A DNA stretch of 63,119 bases, filler included, from Hausera hauseri (taxonomy: Eukaryota), in NCBI GenBank assembly GCA_046269625.1. It is 10 parts of 10 records of this genome, joined end to end, with 100 filler letters (N's around TTAATTAATTAA, not from the genome) between each part and the next. Parts side by side here need not be neighbours in the genome. Positions count along the whole stretch, not along the records: positions 16,537 to 24,553 come from JBJURY010820973.1; positions 24,654 to 30,112 come from JBJURY010250070.1; positions 30,213 to 35,226 come from JBJURY010361485.1; positions 35,327 to 39,542 come from JBJURY010695326.1; 6 more parts are not named here. One strand, given 5' to 3'. Each line of letters starts with the position of its first letter. Within the stretch, counting starts at the first letter, position 1. The notes beneath the pieces were generated by a model. It did not search any database, was not told where the DNA came from, and was given only the letters and a program-made list of their open reading frames with translations. Of the stretch, positions 24,239-36,545 are shown piece by piece. A program made the position numbers and the translations under genes.

Positions 24239-24553
24239 AAAAGGGGAGGTGATGTGGTGCCCAAATTGACCCACCAAAATATAAGAATTATATGTGTGTA
24301 ATTTTTAAAGTTGTTTTAAATTTGTGAAATTTTAAAAATTTGTGATTTTCATTTCGAAATATATGGTACCGTTAAAAGTTCGTCAGTGATTATTTCCCAA
24401 ATATATTCCAAATAATTTTCTACGAAAATACTTCATCACAATTTAAGGAAATTAAAATGCCAAATATTCACACACAGACATTATTCTATTTCATTGTAAA
24501 TATTTTGTTATAACAATAAAAGTTTTTTCATGTCTTTTTATTAATAGTAAATA
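24239..24553 (+). mobile_element. PPT plus start of a related 3' LTR in the opposite orientation (LTR from 24253)
   Basis: aaaaacgactttgcaaaaggggaggtga-TGTGGTGC; inverted match to 23415-23447. Confidence 0.7.
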
Positions 24554-24653
24554 NNNNNNNNNNNNNNNNNNNNNNNNNNNNNNNNNNNNNNNNNNNNTTA
24601 ATTAATTAANNNNNNNNNNNNNNNNNNNNNNNNNNNNNNNNNNNNNNNNNNNN
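24554..24653. other. Artificial contig spacer
   Basis: Ns plus TTAATTAATTAA. Confidence 0.99.
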
Positions 24654-25930
24654 TCTGTAATAGCTGCAGATCCCTAAGAAGCTTCTCAAATTCTTGACAC
24701 ATTTTGGTTTCTCAAAGGATTTAATTGCTTCCCGTTTCGATGGGTCTGTTTCTATTTCCTTGTTATTCACTATATGTCCTAAAAATTTTACTTCTTTCTT
24801 GAAGATGTGACATTTCTCTGGATTTACACTGACACATGCTTTCCTGATCCGCTCCTTTACCTTTTCTAGTATCCAATAATGTTCTTCTTAGAATAGAGTC
24901 TTAGAGTCTTAGAGAAGATCAGTATATCATCTAGGTATACCACTGCTTGTTCAATGTCCCCTAGTACTTTATTCATTAGTTCTTGGAAGGTACCCGGGAC
25001 TGCTACTATACCGAATAGCATCCTGTTGAAACAGAACTGCCATAATTTAGTTGAAAACGCCGTCTTCAATTTGGAACCTTCCTCTAGCTCGACTTGGTAG
25101 TATGCATTCCCTAGGTCAATAGACGTGAAAAACTTGGTCCTGTTAAACCTGCCTAATATCTCTTCCACTTTAGGCATGAGGAAGGCCTGCCGTTCCGTTA
25201 TAAGATTCAGCTGTCTGAAGTCCAGGCATATACTGACATCGTTCTTGGCTTTGCTCCATACGCATATCATTGGTGTATTCCATTCTGAGTTATATGGATA
25301 GATAATGTCGTTTTCCCACAGGTTTCAGATGGTCTCCCCGATCTTTTTTCTAAGTTTACTGGCTGACTGTGAGGTTTGATATTAATCGGCGCTCCTGTCG
25401 TGTCTATTCGGAGTTTGATGAGAGATGTGCACCCTATGTCCCACTTCTCGGTCATGAATACCTCTGGGTATTTTGTGTATAATGTTGAATAGCTCTTTGT
25501 TGTCACTTACCTGAAGAGCTTTCTTCACCCTGTGGACTCGTTCTTGGTTAGTCACCTTACGGCAGAAGTTGATTTCCATGTTGCATATGTCTTTCTGTAG
25601 TGTTTCCGTTTCCGTGCGTTTCCATCCCAATTCTATTCCGAATGCCTTTTGCAGGTCCACGCCACTTATTATTTCTGGGCGTAATTCTGACACAACCAGA
25701 AATGTTACATGTGTCCTTAGACCCTTTATTTCCATGTCTGTTTTCAGTGTGCCTAGGCAATTAAGGGGCTATTGTTTGCATATCGTAGTGTGGTATCCGG
25801 TTTCTCTATGTTTGTGTTTGCCAGTTTATCAACGGTCTTCTTGCTTATAATGTTTACCCTGGCCCCCGTGTCCAATAAGCAATCTTTCAATCTGTCTTAT
25901 ATCTTTAAATTCATTCCTGGTCGTCCATTA
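24654..25930 (-). pseudogene. Ty3/Gypsy pol remnant: protease and reverse transcriptase
   Basis: CLLDTGARVN; CLDFRQLN, FTSIDLGNAYYQV, KTAFST, MLFG, VYLDDILIFS, VKFLGHIV; multiple frameshifts. Confidence 0.92.
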
Positions 25931-26049
25931 AACTTCTGTATGATATCTGTTCGACGTACAATTCTTCTAATGTGAAAATCTGCGCATCGTTCCCACTTTC
26001 CTCCATTCCGTTGAAGGACACTTCCTGAAAATTTTCCGTTTTTATAAAT

Positions 26050-27350
26050 TTCCGTACCTCTTTACTGTGTCCTTCTATCCATCACTATATTTCAGTGTCC
26101 CCGTCTTCTTGATACGTGTATACTGTTTGATATACTACTACTATTATACATAACGATATTTTGGGAGACTGAATATATTTTAGTGCCCTAATGTGTTCCA
26201 CTTCTATCAAGGCTCTGCCTTTTGGAGCATCTGACACCCGTTTCGATTCTGTTCTTTTTTCTCCATATTTGCGACTTCCCCCATCTTTTTTTCAGATTAT
26301 CCCGGTACCTTTTTTTGACGTGGTACATATCCCATCCTGGTTCTCTTTTCCCTCCAACCTTGTGTAGCACTCCTTTTCGGCATGTCCCCTATGGCGACAT
26401 CTTGCACAGCTAAGGTTTGTACAATTTTGCCTAGCTGACCACATCGGTAGCATCTAACTGGCTTTCTTTCGATACACTGCCTGCTTATGTTTTATTCTTT
26501 TCCTCATCCAAATCCTTTAATCGGTTTTAGTGTGGTGCAAGTTTTGATCGTATAACCCTCCTTATATCACGACCGACACTTTAATCTACTATTTGGTGGT
26601 CTAGTTGGCGTCGCTTTGATTCTAGGAACGGGTTTCCTTATATTTTGTGCTGCCACGTCTTGGTAGTTTAGTCGGGAGGAAATGGAAGTCTGCATAACCC
26701 ACTCGGGTTGGGTGCGAATCGATAAATCAATTTGGAGTGAGCCAATCGATGTGCACTAATGTGCACTATCGATAAGCATTTCGCCCAATCGAATCGATCA
26801 ATTGTGCAATGTGCAGCTATCGATTTGTGAAAAGTGCGAAAACTCGCATAGCAACCGTGACTAATGGTACCGTCGCCTAGCACAACCAATCGATAGTGCA
26901 CATGTGCAAATTGATTTATCGATTCGCACACACCCGGTGGTGGTGCAGACTTCGCATTTTCTCCCTACTTAGCTTCTTCTATAGATCCCTGGATATTCCT
27001 TGACTGTGTTGACTTCTTCTGTCGTAATCTTTACTTCGTGCATTTTCCGTAATTGCTCCTTTATGGTTCCTACGTCTTGCTTCTCACTGAAATATATTTC
27101 TCTTTTTATCTCTCCATTGTTACAACATTGGAACAATAGTTCCTCTTCTAGAGCCCCGATAGAAAGATCGTGTTTCATGACTTTATCCAGCAGTTTCTCG
27201 ATTGCTGAAAAGTAAGCCTGCGGTTCCTCTCCATTCATTTTCTACTCGAGCTCTTGTTTCAGACCTTCGCACAGCGTTGAGAATTGTGCAAAGCCTTCCA
27301 TAGTCGGTTGTGATATCCAGTTATTTTCGTATCTATTGCATCAAATCTTT
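26050..27350 (-). pseudogene. gag remnants of the same Gypsy element, interrupted by a MITE
   Basis: CCHC knuckle CARCRHRGHAEKEC at ~26370-26412; capsid-like ORF 26969..27238. Confidence 0.6.
26670..26968. mobile_element. MITE with ~60-bp imperfect TIRs
   Basis: Left end agtcgggaggaaatggaagtctgca..tgcgaatcgataaatcaattt versus right-end reverse complement agtagggagaaaatgcgaagtctgca..tgcgaatcgataaatcaattt. Confidence 0.75.
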
Positions 27351-27384
27351 CTAGACGTTTTATCACATGATTTGTCATGATGCA

Positions 27385-27576
27385 TCATTTGCGACCACAA
27401 TGACCAACTCTAGGTGATGTTGCAGCTCCTGTTTTCTTCACTAGTTGTACTGTTCTATGACAAACACCAACCTCTCGTGCTATTTCACTGATTGTGTGGC
27501 GACCATCATTAACTAAAGTCAGTATAGCATGTTTTATTCCACTTGAAATATCTTTCACTTTTTCCATAATACACAC
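27385..27576 (-). pseudogene. Tc1-like transposase N-terminal HTH fragment
   Basis: MEKVKDIS..TISEIAREVGVCHRTVQ..GRK, then truncated. Confidence 0.7.
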
Positions 27577-27714
27577 AAAGATAACTAAAACTTATAATAA
27601 ATACTACTGATTTATTTCATTTTCAAGTTACTATATAAATAACAATCTGTAAGTAGCATTAGATAATCTGCAGTGTCAAACAACAGCAATAGAAATCCTG
27701 AAAAGTTTGGGTGA

Positions 27715-28414
27715 CTAATAATCTGTGCCGCACTGTACATTAAGCACATAAAATTTCATATATTCTGCAATTGGAAGAATCACATCTTTCTTTATCTTAT
27801 ATTCCTGCAAATCTATTTTGACTTTAGTTGTTTGGTCTAAGATTTTAGTAACATTTTCATTTGAATAAATAGTTTTGTCATTTGCATGAGATCGTAGGAA
27901 TATGTTTCTTTTGCTCAAATTCAGTTTCGGATGGACCATGATAATACCGTCATTTAAAATTTTTATATGTTTATCAGTCAGGTTTTAAATGTAATAGTCA
28001 TATTTGCTTTTCTGAATATCAACATTTGTCAAAGTTAGAATTGACTACTTTTTCACCATATATAATAGAGGATCCTATTGAAATTGTTTCAATTATAGCT
28101 CCTCATAGTATTACGACAGTTTCGAGAGTTGTGCAATATACGTATAAACTGCATCTTTGATTTTGCTTAGGCACGGAAGTCATGATTGGTATAGTGATAT
28201 TGAATATTTGTTTTATCAACTTTGTAAAGGAAATCAGGTGTTGTTTATTGGCATTGTAAAAGTCTTCATATTTGATCTGGCACATTACCTCACATGTATG
28301 GCATATATAATAATCAGCCCTGTTGTATAGATAGCTGAAGTATTTCTGCACAACGTTTTTGCAATTTTCAAGCTCGTGGATTTGAGCCAAGTACTGTTTG
28401 TATAGACTGCACAT
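27715..28414 (-). pseudogene. Cys/His-motif ORF remnant, homologous to ORFs upstream of the pPolB genes
   Basis: YYICHTCEVMCQIKYEDFYNANKQHLISFTK; DNA-level homolog at 30213-30430 and protein-level similarity to 40073-40200. Confidence 0.55.
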
Positions 28415-28749
28415 CTAAAATTCACCTAATTATTTGTGGAGCACAAATAAAAGTCTTACCATTGGTGGTAGTGATTTTGGAAATAATGAAACATAGCCAT
28501 AACAACGTATACTGCCTCATTTATGGATTTTTTAAATTTTGAATTTTCAAAGATTCTAGAACACGCTGTTTTACTGCATGAAATAAATTAAATTCACTTG
28601 GACGCAAATTGTCTTATAGGTGTTCGAATATGCACAATTGAATGCAGTGATCACATTGTTCCAATAATTTATTCTTAATCGAATATTATCGAAATTTTTA
28701 ATGTTTTATTCATTTCGAGATTGTTCCAAACACTGTGCACACATTATTT

Positions 28750-30008
28750 TTGGAAATACGGTGCATTATGTGAATGTGTAATTAGAACTTAAATCCATCG
28801 TATAGATTTCGAATAAAATCGATCCAAAGTACAACTGGTAAAGATTTCCCATAAATTTTTACGTACTAGTGAGTCAAAATTCGATGCAATATTTAGCGGT
28901 GACAGATAGAATGTGCCACAAATGTTTTCGAACATGGGAAATTTAATGGGTCTATTCGAATATTCGAATTCGATCGAAAAATCGGCCTTTTTATTTAAGC
29001 CTCTTTTCGAATATCTGACGTCATATTCGGATTCTCCATATACGGTTTTCTATCCCTCTACGCTTTTAGATTTTTCGATTTTTGCTTCTATTCGAATATA
29101 AATTTAATTATTCCAAAAGTTAGACTTGTATTAGAGTTTTCGAATATCTGACGTCATATTTGGATACAGAACATGTTAGTTTCTATGAGTGTACGTTTTT
29201 ACATTTTTCGATTTCTACTTGCTTGTGTGCTAAAATCAACTTTATAGGTTTTATCAGAAAACCGTTATTATTGATTAAAGCACACTGGCACATGTGCCAC
29301 ACGTCTGCAAAGTGCCGCATAGATGCACTATGACATGTGGAATCGATTGACGCTCTCAGATTTTTCAAAAAATTTATGGGTGTCAAGATAATCGATACTA
29401 TTCGGTGAAAATCTATATTTATTCGAGTTGTGCACCGAATTTCTGAAATGTGAGATGGAATGCCCGGGTTATAATGTGGCACATTCTATCTGTCACCACT
29501 AAATGCTGTATCGAATTTTGACTCATTAGTACGTAAAAAACTATGGGAAATCTTCACCAGTTGTACTTTGGATCAATATTATTCGAAATCTATTCACAGA
29601 TTTAAATTCTATTTGAACATTCACATAATGTACCGTATTTCCAATCGATTGCACCCGGTACCATGTGCTATTCATCAATATTGGAAATATCGGAAAACCG
29701 ATATTAGTGATTTTTGCACACTTGCACATGTGCAGTACACCTGCGTTGTGCACAAATCGATGTGCATTAATGTGCACTATCGATGAGCATTTTTCCCGAT
29801 CGATTCGATCAATTGTGCAATGCACAGCTACCGATTTGTGAAATGTGAAAAAATGTGCATAGCAACGGTGCCTAATGGCACCGTCGCCTAGGACATAACC
29901 GATCGATAGTGCTCCAGGTGCAATATCGATTGACACATGTGCAAACTGATTTATCGATTCGCACAACTTCCCCAGGGGGTGGTTCAGACTTCGCATGTTC
30001 TCCCTACT
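28750..30008. mobile_element. Larger foldback/TIR element of the same family
   Basis: 28750-28920 is an inverted repeat of 29476-29643. 29750-30008 is homologous to the MITE at 26745-26968. The motif ttttcgaatatctgacgtcatatt occurs twice internally. Confidence 0.65.
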
Positions 30009-30112
30009 TAGCTTCTTCTATAGATCCCTGGATACTCCTTGACTGTGTTGACTTCTTCTGTCGTAATCTTTACTTCGTGCATTTTCCGTAATTGCTCCTT
30101 TATGGTTCCTAC

Positions 30113-30212
30113 NNNNNNNNNNNNNNNNNNNNNNNNNNNNNNNNNNNNNNNNNNNNTTAATTAATTAANNNNNNNNNNNNNNNNNNNNNNNNNNNNNNNN
30201 NNNNNNNNNNNN
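30113..30212. other. Artificial contig spacer
   Basis: Ns plus TTAATTAATTAA. Confidence 0.99.
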
Positions 30213-30879
30213 TATTATATGTGCTCTACATGTGAGGTAGTGTGCCAGACCAAATATGAAGACTTTTACAATGCTTATAAACAACACCTGATTCCCTTCA
30301 CCAAGTCAAAAAAAACAATTATTCAATACGGCTATGTCAATAATGACTTTCTAGCATAAGAAAAGTCAAAGATGCAGAACTGTCATAATACTATGAGGAG
30401 CTATTATAGATACAAATTCAATAAGATCCTTTATTATATTTGCCCATGATGTGAGACTGTATGCGGCACAGATCACATACAATTCTATTATGATCACAAA
30501 CATCATTTGAGTCACTGCGCATCAAAGTCAAAGAAGGCCATCTTTAATGAGTAACATAATTTTCATGCATCTGCTTCGTAGTGTTATGCTTCGCAGTATT
30601 CTGCCTCACGTTATTCTGCTAGATCTGATGCAGCAGCTGGGAAGTATATTAGAGAATTGAAACGCGCAGCCGCATCATGCTCAGCAGCATCAGGCGCAGC
30701 CACATCAGGCACGGCCACATCAGACGCACAGGCTCCATCAAAAAGCCAAAGACAGCAGCCAGTTGATGCAGGAGCATTAAAGAAAAATTCCGCAGATATG
30801 TTATTGAGGCAACTGATCAAAAAACGCTCCAAGACACCCTCTCATACACAAAGGACGAGACAGATGGAATTCTTCAGGA

Positions 30880-33800
30880 CAATATAGCTGAGCTCAAAGC
30901 CCTTAAGGTAAACATAAAATTGGAGGCCACATACATCAATGTTGATGGCGAAAAATCCAATAGGGCCTTTAAGACCAAAAATAGACCCATATTGTAAAAC
31001 ACCAATATAGCAGAGTGGATGCAAGAGGCGCACGAGTAGCTGATCCCTGAAGCCTGGGAGAGTCAGGATAAGATGAGCGGATGGATTCTGGCAACCATCA
31101 AGAGATTGCTTGTGTATGTTTACAAGTACTCTCCCATGCGGTGTAGTTCATATATTTAGCTCCCTGATGGGATCGCTAATAAAAAGCATGTGTCAATGCC
31201 CATAATAACGACAACATTTGTTTCATGTATGCCATTCTATCAAAACTCGTAATGGATCAAAATCATGCTTCACGAGTTTGGCTATATAAGGATGTGCAGC
31301 ATAACAATGACTTCCAATGTATCAAGTTCCCTCCATCCATAGATGAAGTTAAAAAATTGGGAAAAGTCAACAACATGTCCATCAATACCTTGGGATTGGA
31401 TGAGGATGATAAATTCTATCCCCTGCAGATATGCGATGCTGAATTGGAAGACCATAGGGATGTGCTCCTACTAGACGATGGAGAAAAGAAACATTATGTT
31501 TGGATCAAAGACTTTGAGCGGCTAGTACGAAATTACGAAACATCATGGACAAATAGAAATATGTAAACGATGCTTGTCCAATTTTAGCGCTGATGTAGCT
31601 GTATTGAAGCTGAAAAAGCACAGGATGTACTGCAACAACATTTATTGTATCAGGCCAGAATTTCCCAAGGTAGATTACATTGAATTCAAGGAGTTCGAGA
31701 AGAAGCTTAAGGTCACAATAGTTATCTATTGCGACATTGAAGCGATCCTGCGTCCAGTTTAGAGTTGCAGTCCTAATCCCCCACATAGCAGCACAACGGC
31801 ATAGCAATATCATAAACTTTCATCATATTGCATGTATGGCAAAGGACTCTTCAGTGAACCATATTTATTCAGAGATCCAGGCGCAACAGAATGAAACGAA
31901 TTGAAGTTATGACTCATAGGCTTGGCGATATGCAGCAGCAGCATAAGGATACAATGAGCATGTCAAAGCAGCAAGAAGAAGAATGGCACAAGGCAACAGC
32001 ATGATATTTGTGGTCCAAATCATTTACTAAGGAGAATCATAAAGTCAATGATCATTGCCATTTTACCGACAAATATCCAAGTGCAGCATGCAACAACCGC
32101 AATCTGCGCTGCAAAACATGTACATATGTGCCTGTAGTGTTCCATAATCTCAGTGGCTATTATTCCCATTTAATTGTTCGGGAACTGGGCAGTATTGAAG
32201 GAAACATTGATGTGATACTTTATAGTGAGGAAAAATACATCACATTTACCAAGCATGTTGGGGAAATCAGGCTTCACTTCATAGACAGTTTCCGTTTCAT
32301 GTCGTCTTCACTTGACAGTTTAGTGAAGAACCTCGCTGCAGAAGAACTCAAGAAGACGAAGCGGTTCCTTCCCACTACATTTGACCTCGTCAAGAGGAAA
32401 TGTGTGTTTCCCTATGACTATATAACTTCATGGAAAACATTGGATGAGACCTCATTGCCGGCCAAGAAGGATTTTTACAATATCCTGTCTGATTGTGATA
32501 TCAATAATACGGACTACCAGCATGACCAGAACGTCTGACATACATTTCAATGCCGAACAATAGGGGAATACAGCGACATATACCTCAAGACGGACGTGCT
32601 GCTGCTGATGGATGTCTTTGAGAGCTTCAGGGGTGTTACGATAAAAAACCATGCATTGGATCCAGCTCATTTCTTTGCGGCTCCGGGGATGAGTTGGGCA
32701 GCTATGTTGAGTTATACAGGTGTCAGGCTGCAGATCATAAAGAATTACGATATTGTCCTCACGATTGATAGAAGCATTAGATGTGGAATATGCCAGGCCA
32801 CTCACCGATATAGCGAGGCCAACAACAAGTATTTGGCCCAGAATGATCCATCCAAGGAATTCTCATATATATTATACCTGGATGCCAACAACTTGTATGG
32901 ATGGGCAATGACAGTCCCATTGCCATATGATAACTTCAAGTGGGTCAGGCATCCTGAAAATATTCCCATACTGGACATGGATCCCAGTGAAAATACGGGA
33001 TACATACTGTAGGTGGATTTAGTGTGTCCGGCTTCTACCCACACAAGGCATGAGCAGCTACCTTTCCTCCCTGAGACGAAGCCTCCGCCCCATGGAAAGC
33101 ATAGAAAGCTGCTGTGCCATCTGCATAATAGCGAGAGGTATGTAGTCCACTAAATAAATCTCGAGCAGGCGGTCAGGAATAGACTCCGCATTACTAAGAT
33201 CCATAGAGCCCTGCAGTTCAGCCAGTCTAACTAGCTACAGCACTACATAAATCTAATACAAAGTTGCGGACCAATGCCAAGAACGACTTTGGGAAGGCCC
33301 AGTTCAAGCTTTACAACAACAGCGTTTTGGCAAGACCATGGAGAATATCCGCAACAGGATCAACATCGAACTGGTCTCTCAGTGGAATCGGGCAAAGAAG
33401 CCCATTGTCAAGCCCAATTTTTACATCAACACTATATATGCTGAGAACTTGGTCAGCATCCATATGCTGAAAACATCCTTGCAATTCAACAAGCCCCTAT
33501 ATGTGGGTATGGCAATACTGGACCTGTCGAAGACCCTGATGTACAAATTCCACTATGACATCATGGTCCCCACATTCAAGTCCTTGCAGCTGATGTATAT
33601 TGATACTGATAGTTTCATCTACCAGATCCATACTAAGGACATTTACGAAGACTTTGATAAGTTGGCACAGCATATGGATACGTCTGACTATCCGAAGGAG
33701 CATCCAATTATTCAATTACCAACAAGAAAGTCCTTGGTAAATTCAAAGACGAGGTGAATGGAACAATCATCTCGAGATTTTTAGCTCTTAGGTTCAAAAT

Positions 33801-34068
33801 GTATGCCAATGATGTATGTAGCCAAGTAAAGAAGCGGGCTAAAGGGGTTGAAAGGGTGACCTTAGCCAAGAAGATTGGTTTCAATGACTATGTTAGAGTT
33901 CTGCATGAGCAGACTCATATCATATCAGAGATGCGAAGGATCCAGTCTAGGGCTCATAACATTGAAACAGTAGCATTACCGAAGAAAACCTTAGATACGA
34001 TAGATGACAAGAGGGAGATACTAGATGATGGAATCCATACACTACCTCACGGACATGTAGCATTGTAA
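30880..34068 (+). pseudogene. Polinton/Maverick (adintovirus-type) protein-primed DNA polymerase B, decayed
   Basis: NNDNICFMYAIL..KHYVWI (OTU-like), VIYCDIE, DHCHFT..AACN (endonuclease VII-like insert), FHNLSGY, FIDSF, YLKTDV, YLDANNLYGWAM, KTMEN, YIDTDS, LPHGH. Confidence 0.92.
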
Positions 34069-34099
34069 ATATGTACATATTGTTTTTCTCTGTTTATAT

Positions 34100-34340
34100 A
34101 TTTAACCCTATATACATATTAGGCTAACCCTATGTGTCTATATAGTTAACCCTATACACCTATTCAGTTCATCTATATACTTAACCCTATTGACTTTCCA
34201 AACATTTACCATGGAGTGTATCACTTGAAACTGTTTCTTATAACCCCTTACTTATTCCACATTACTTGAAGAAGAACACAACACGATTTTTCAAAATAAC
34301 TGTGTATTAACATAAAAATCACAAGACTTGTGTAACCCTG
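34100..34340 (+). repeat. Cluster of TAACCCT motifs
   Basis: About six copies (tttaacccta, ctaacccta, ttaacccta twice, ataaccctt, gtaaccctg). Confidence 0.55.
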
Positions 34341-34428
34341 CTATCTTCGATGACAGTATCATTATCAGTGTCTTCATCATCGTCCGAATAAATTATCGCT
34401 GGCAACATCAATGCGATATATATGTCAC

Positions 34429-34608
34429 CTATCTATTGTCATTTTGGACAAAGACATAATTACATTCTGTCCTGCGAATTGGACAAGTATTGTTGTATTG
34501 CATCCCAGTTTTAAGGCAATCAATGCAGAATATATGATCTTGACATGTTGCTAATCTTGCATTGAAACAGTTTCTCTCCTCGAAGCAAATTGCACACCTA
34601 CTGTTCAT
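34429..34608 (-). pseudogene. RING-HC zinc finger ORF convergent with polB (below the ORF-track cutoff)
   Basis: MNSRCAICFEE..CQDHIFCIDCL..TCPIRR; last Cys lost. Confidence 0.75.
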
Positions 34609-34664
34609 TTTGAAAGAATGACAGAGTAATACAAGTATTAATGTATAGTATTGGTTTATTTATA

Positions 34665-34812
34665 AGTGTATTTGATTAGAGTATTGATTAGTATCTTGAT
34701 TAATGCATTAATTTATTGATGAGTGGAATTACTATTGCATTGATTTATTGATGGTCTATTGATTATTGCATTGATTAGTGTACTGATTAGAGTATTGATT
34801 TATTGATTAGTT
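34665..34812 (+). repeat. Degenerate ATTGATT(AG) short tandem repeats
   Basis: tgattagagtattgatt twice plus many attgat units. Confidence 0.6.
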
Positions 34813-35226
34813 TTACATGCAATACTTTAATAGGACATACGTTACCTATATATTATCTTCATTAGCTATATTACCACATATTATATATAGTACCTGCAGA
34901 TTGGCCATATATGCTTTCTGTATTTCGTACCCAATACATTCTATCCATATAATTCCTATATCACATATATACTTTTGTGTATTACCTGAACATTACTCAT
35001 ATTATATATATTACTTGTATTTTACACACATGCACACACAGACATATGTCCGAGCTATACATTTTCCCAAATTAGTTCAATTTTACATACACCCACACAG
35101 GCAAACACACAGACACATATATGAGCTATATCTTTTCTCAGATTACTTACGTTTTACAAGCACGGATATGCACGCGCACACCATATATCGTAATCATTTA
35201 TTTCTCAAGTTATTCGCATTTAACCT

Positions 35227-35326
35227 NNNNNNNNNNNNNNNNNNNNNNNNNNNNNNNNNNNNNNNNNNNNTTAATTAATTAANNNNNNNNNNNNNNNNNN
35301 NNNNNNNNNNNNNNNNNNNNNNNNNN
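35227..35326. other. Artificial contig spacer
   Basis: Ns plus TTAATTAATTAA. Confidence 0.99.
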
Positions 35327-35351
35327 TACCTCTATAGAAAATTTAATTGTT

Positions 35352-35624
35352 GTGTTAAATCAAATGAACATTTACCGATTGTACGATACAAATTACTTTA
35401 ATGGTGTTGAAAAGGTACGCGGTGAATTAATGAACTTAAAAGCGAAAATAATGGACAGCGTACGAGACTGTAAGTTTATGTGTGTACTATGTAAACAAAG
35501 GAAAGTGGATACGGTATTCTTAATGTGCGGCCATCTCGTTGTTTGTCAAATATATTCCAAAGTAACCCAATGTCCAGAGTGTAAATGTGCTATAATGAAA
35601 ATTGTACACATTTATTATGAATGA
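35352..35624 (+). CDS. IAP/MDM2-type C-terminal RING finger protein (partial, possibly decayed)
   Basis: CVLCKQRKVDTVFLMCGHLVVCQIY...CPECKCAIMKIVHIY; one Cys changed to Tyr. Confidence 0.75.
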   Translation: MLNQMNIYRLYDTNYFNGVEKVRGELMNLKAKIMDSVRDCKFMCVLCKQRKVDTVFLMCGHLVVCQIYSKVTQCPECKCAIMKIVHIYYE

Positions 35625-36545
35625 CTTCAATAACGGAACAAAACAGTGTCATGGGCATCAGTGGCGTGGAGGTCATTTTAACTAGTATGTATCATTGCGA
35701 TGAGACAATATGTATCATTGTGATATGAAACAATACTCACAAAGTAAATGTCTACTGTTTGCAATGAAAACAAACCGGTATGAACAAATTTGATATAAAT
35801 ATGGATGCAATTTCAGTTCACGTTTGTCTTCTTTAAACAATACTTTGGTAGAAAACAATACAGCAGGTGATGGCAGTCTCTCAAAGAAACCACGGTACAG
35901 CGAATATTCGCTCAGAAATTCTCTGTTGTATAATGGATACAACTTACATTATCTGTGAAACTTTATTCAATTGCCATTGACTCAAACGGTCAAAATCAAA
36001 CTGGTGAAATATGGTCTATTAATAAAAAAGATCAGCGACGATAATTTGGATACGATACACATTTTGAAAAGTTTACAGTGATTTGGTGTTGAGTAACGAT
36101 ATCCCAGATACATCGTCGATTTTCTCAAAGGAAATACGGCAAAAATTGTCAGTTTACATGGCGGAGAAACCGCAGAAGCAACAAAAGCAGTTTTGCCACC
36201 GGAAGGAGCTAAAGGCCATCTAACATTGAAGTTAAAGGATACAAGGATCTACACGGCGTTAAATCATTAATATGGAAGGTGAAAAAGTTTACACTTATTT
36301 GACTTACTTGGTTTTTGATTTTAGCTTATGATGTTTAATAAATTTTATTAGTTTTGCTTGTTTGTTTTTCATATTGTTTCTCATCATATTAAGTTAAATA
36401 TAAAGGTACATGAAATAATAGTAAAATAATAAAACAAAAGGCAAAACAATGAACTATATACATTATTTATAAAACACAGATCACAACAAAATTTCATAGT
36501 TAATTGATCTGTCTGCACCGATTTCATCTGTATATGTGCGTGTTT

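Noticed and set aside
30611-30887. Ala-rich ORFs as independent genes
   Set aside because: Low-complexity GCA-type repeats, probably part of the decayed polB N-terminal region.
34817-35226. Tyr/His/Ile-rich ORF
   Set aside because: Product of TA/CA-rich low-complexity noncoding DNA.
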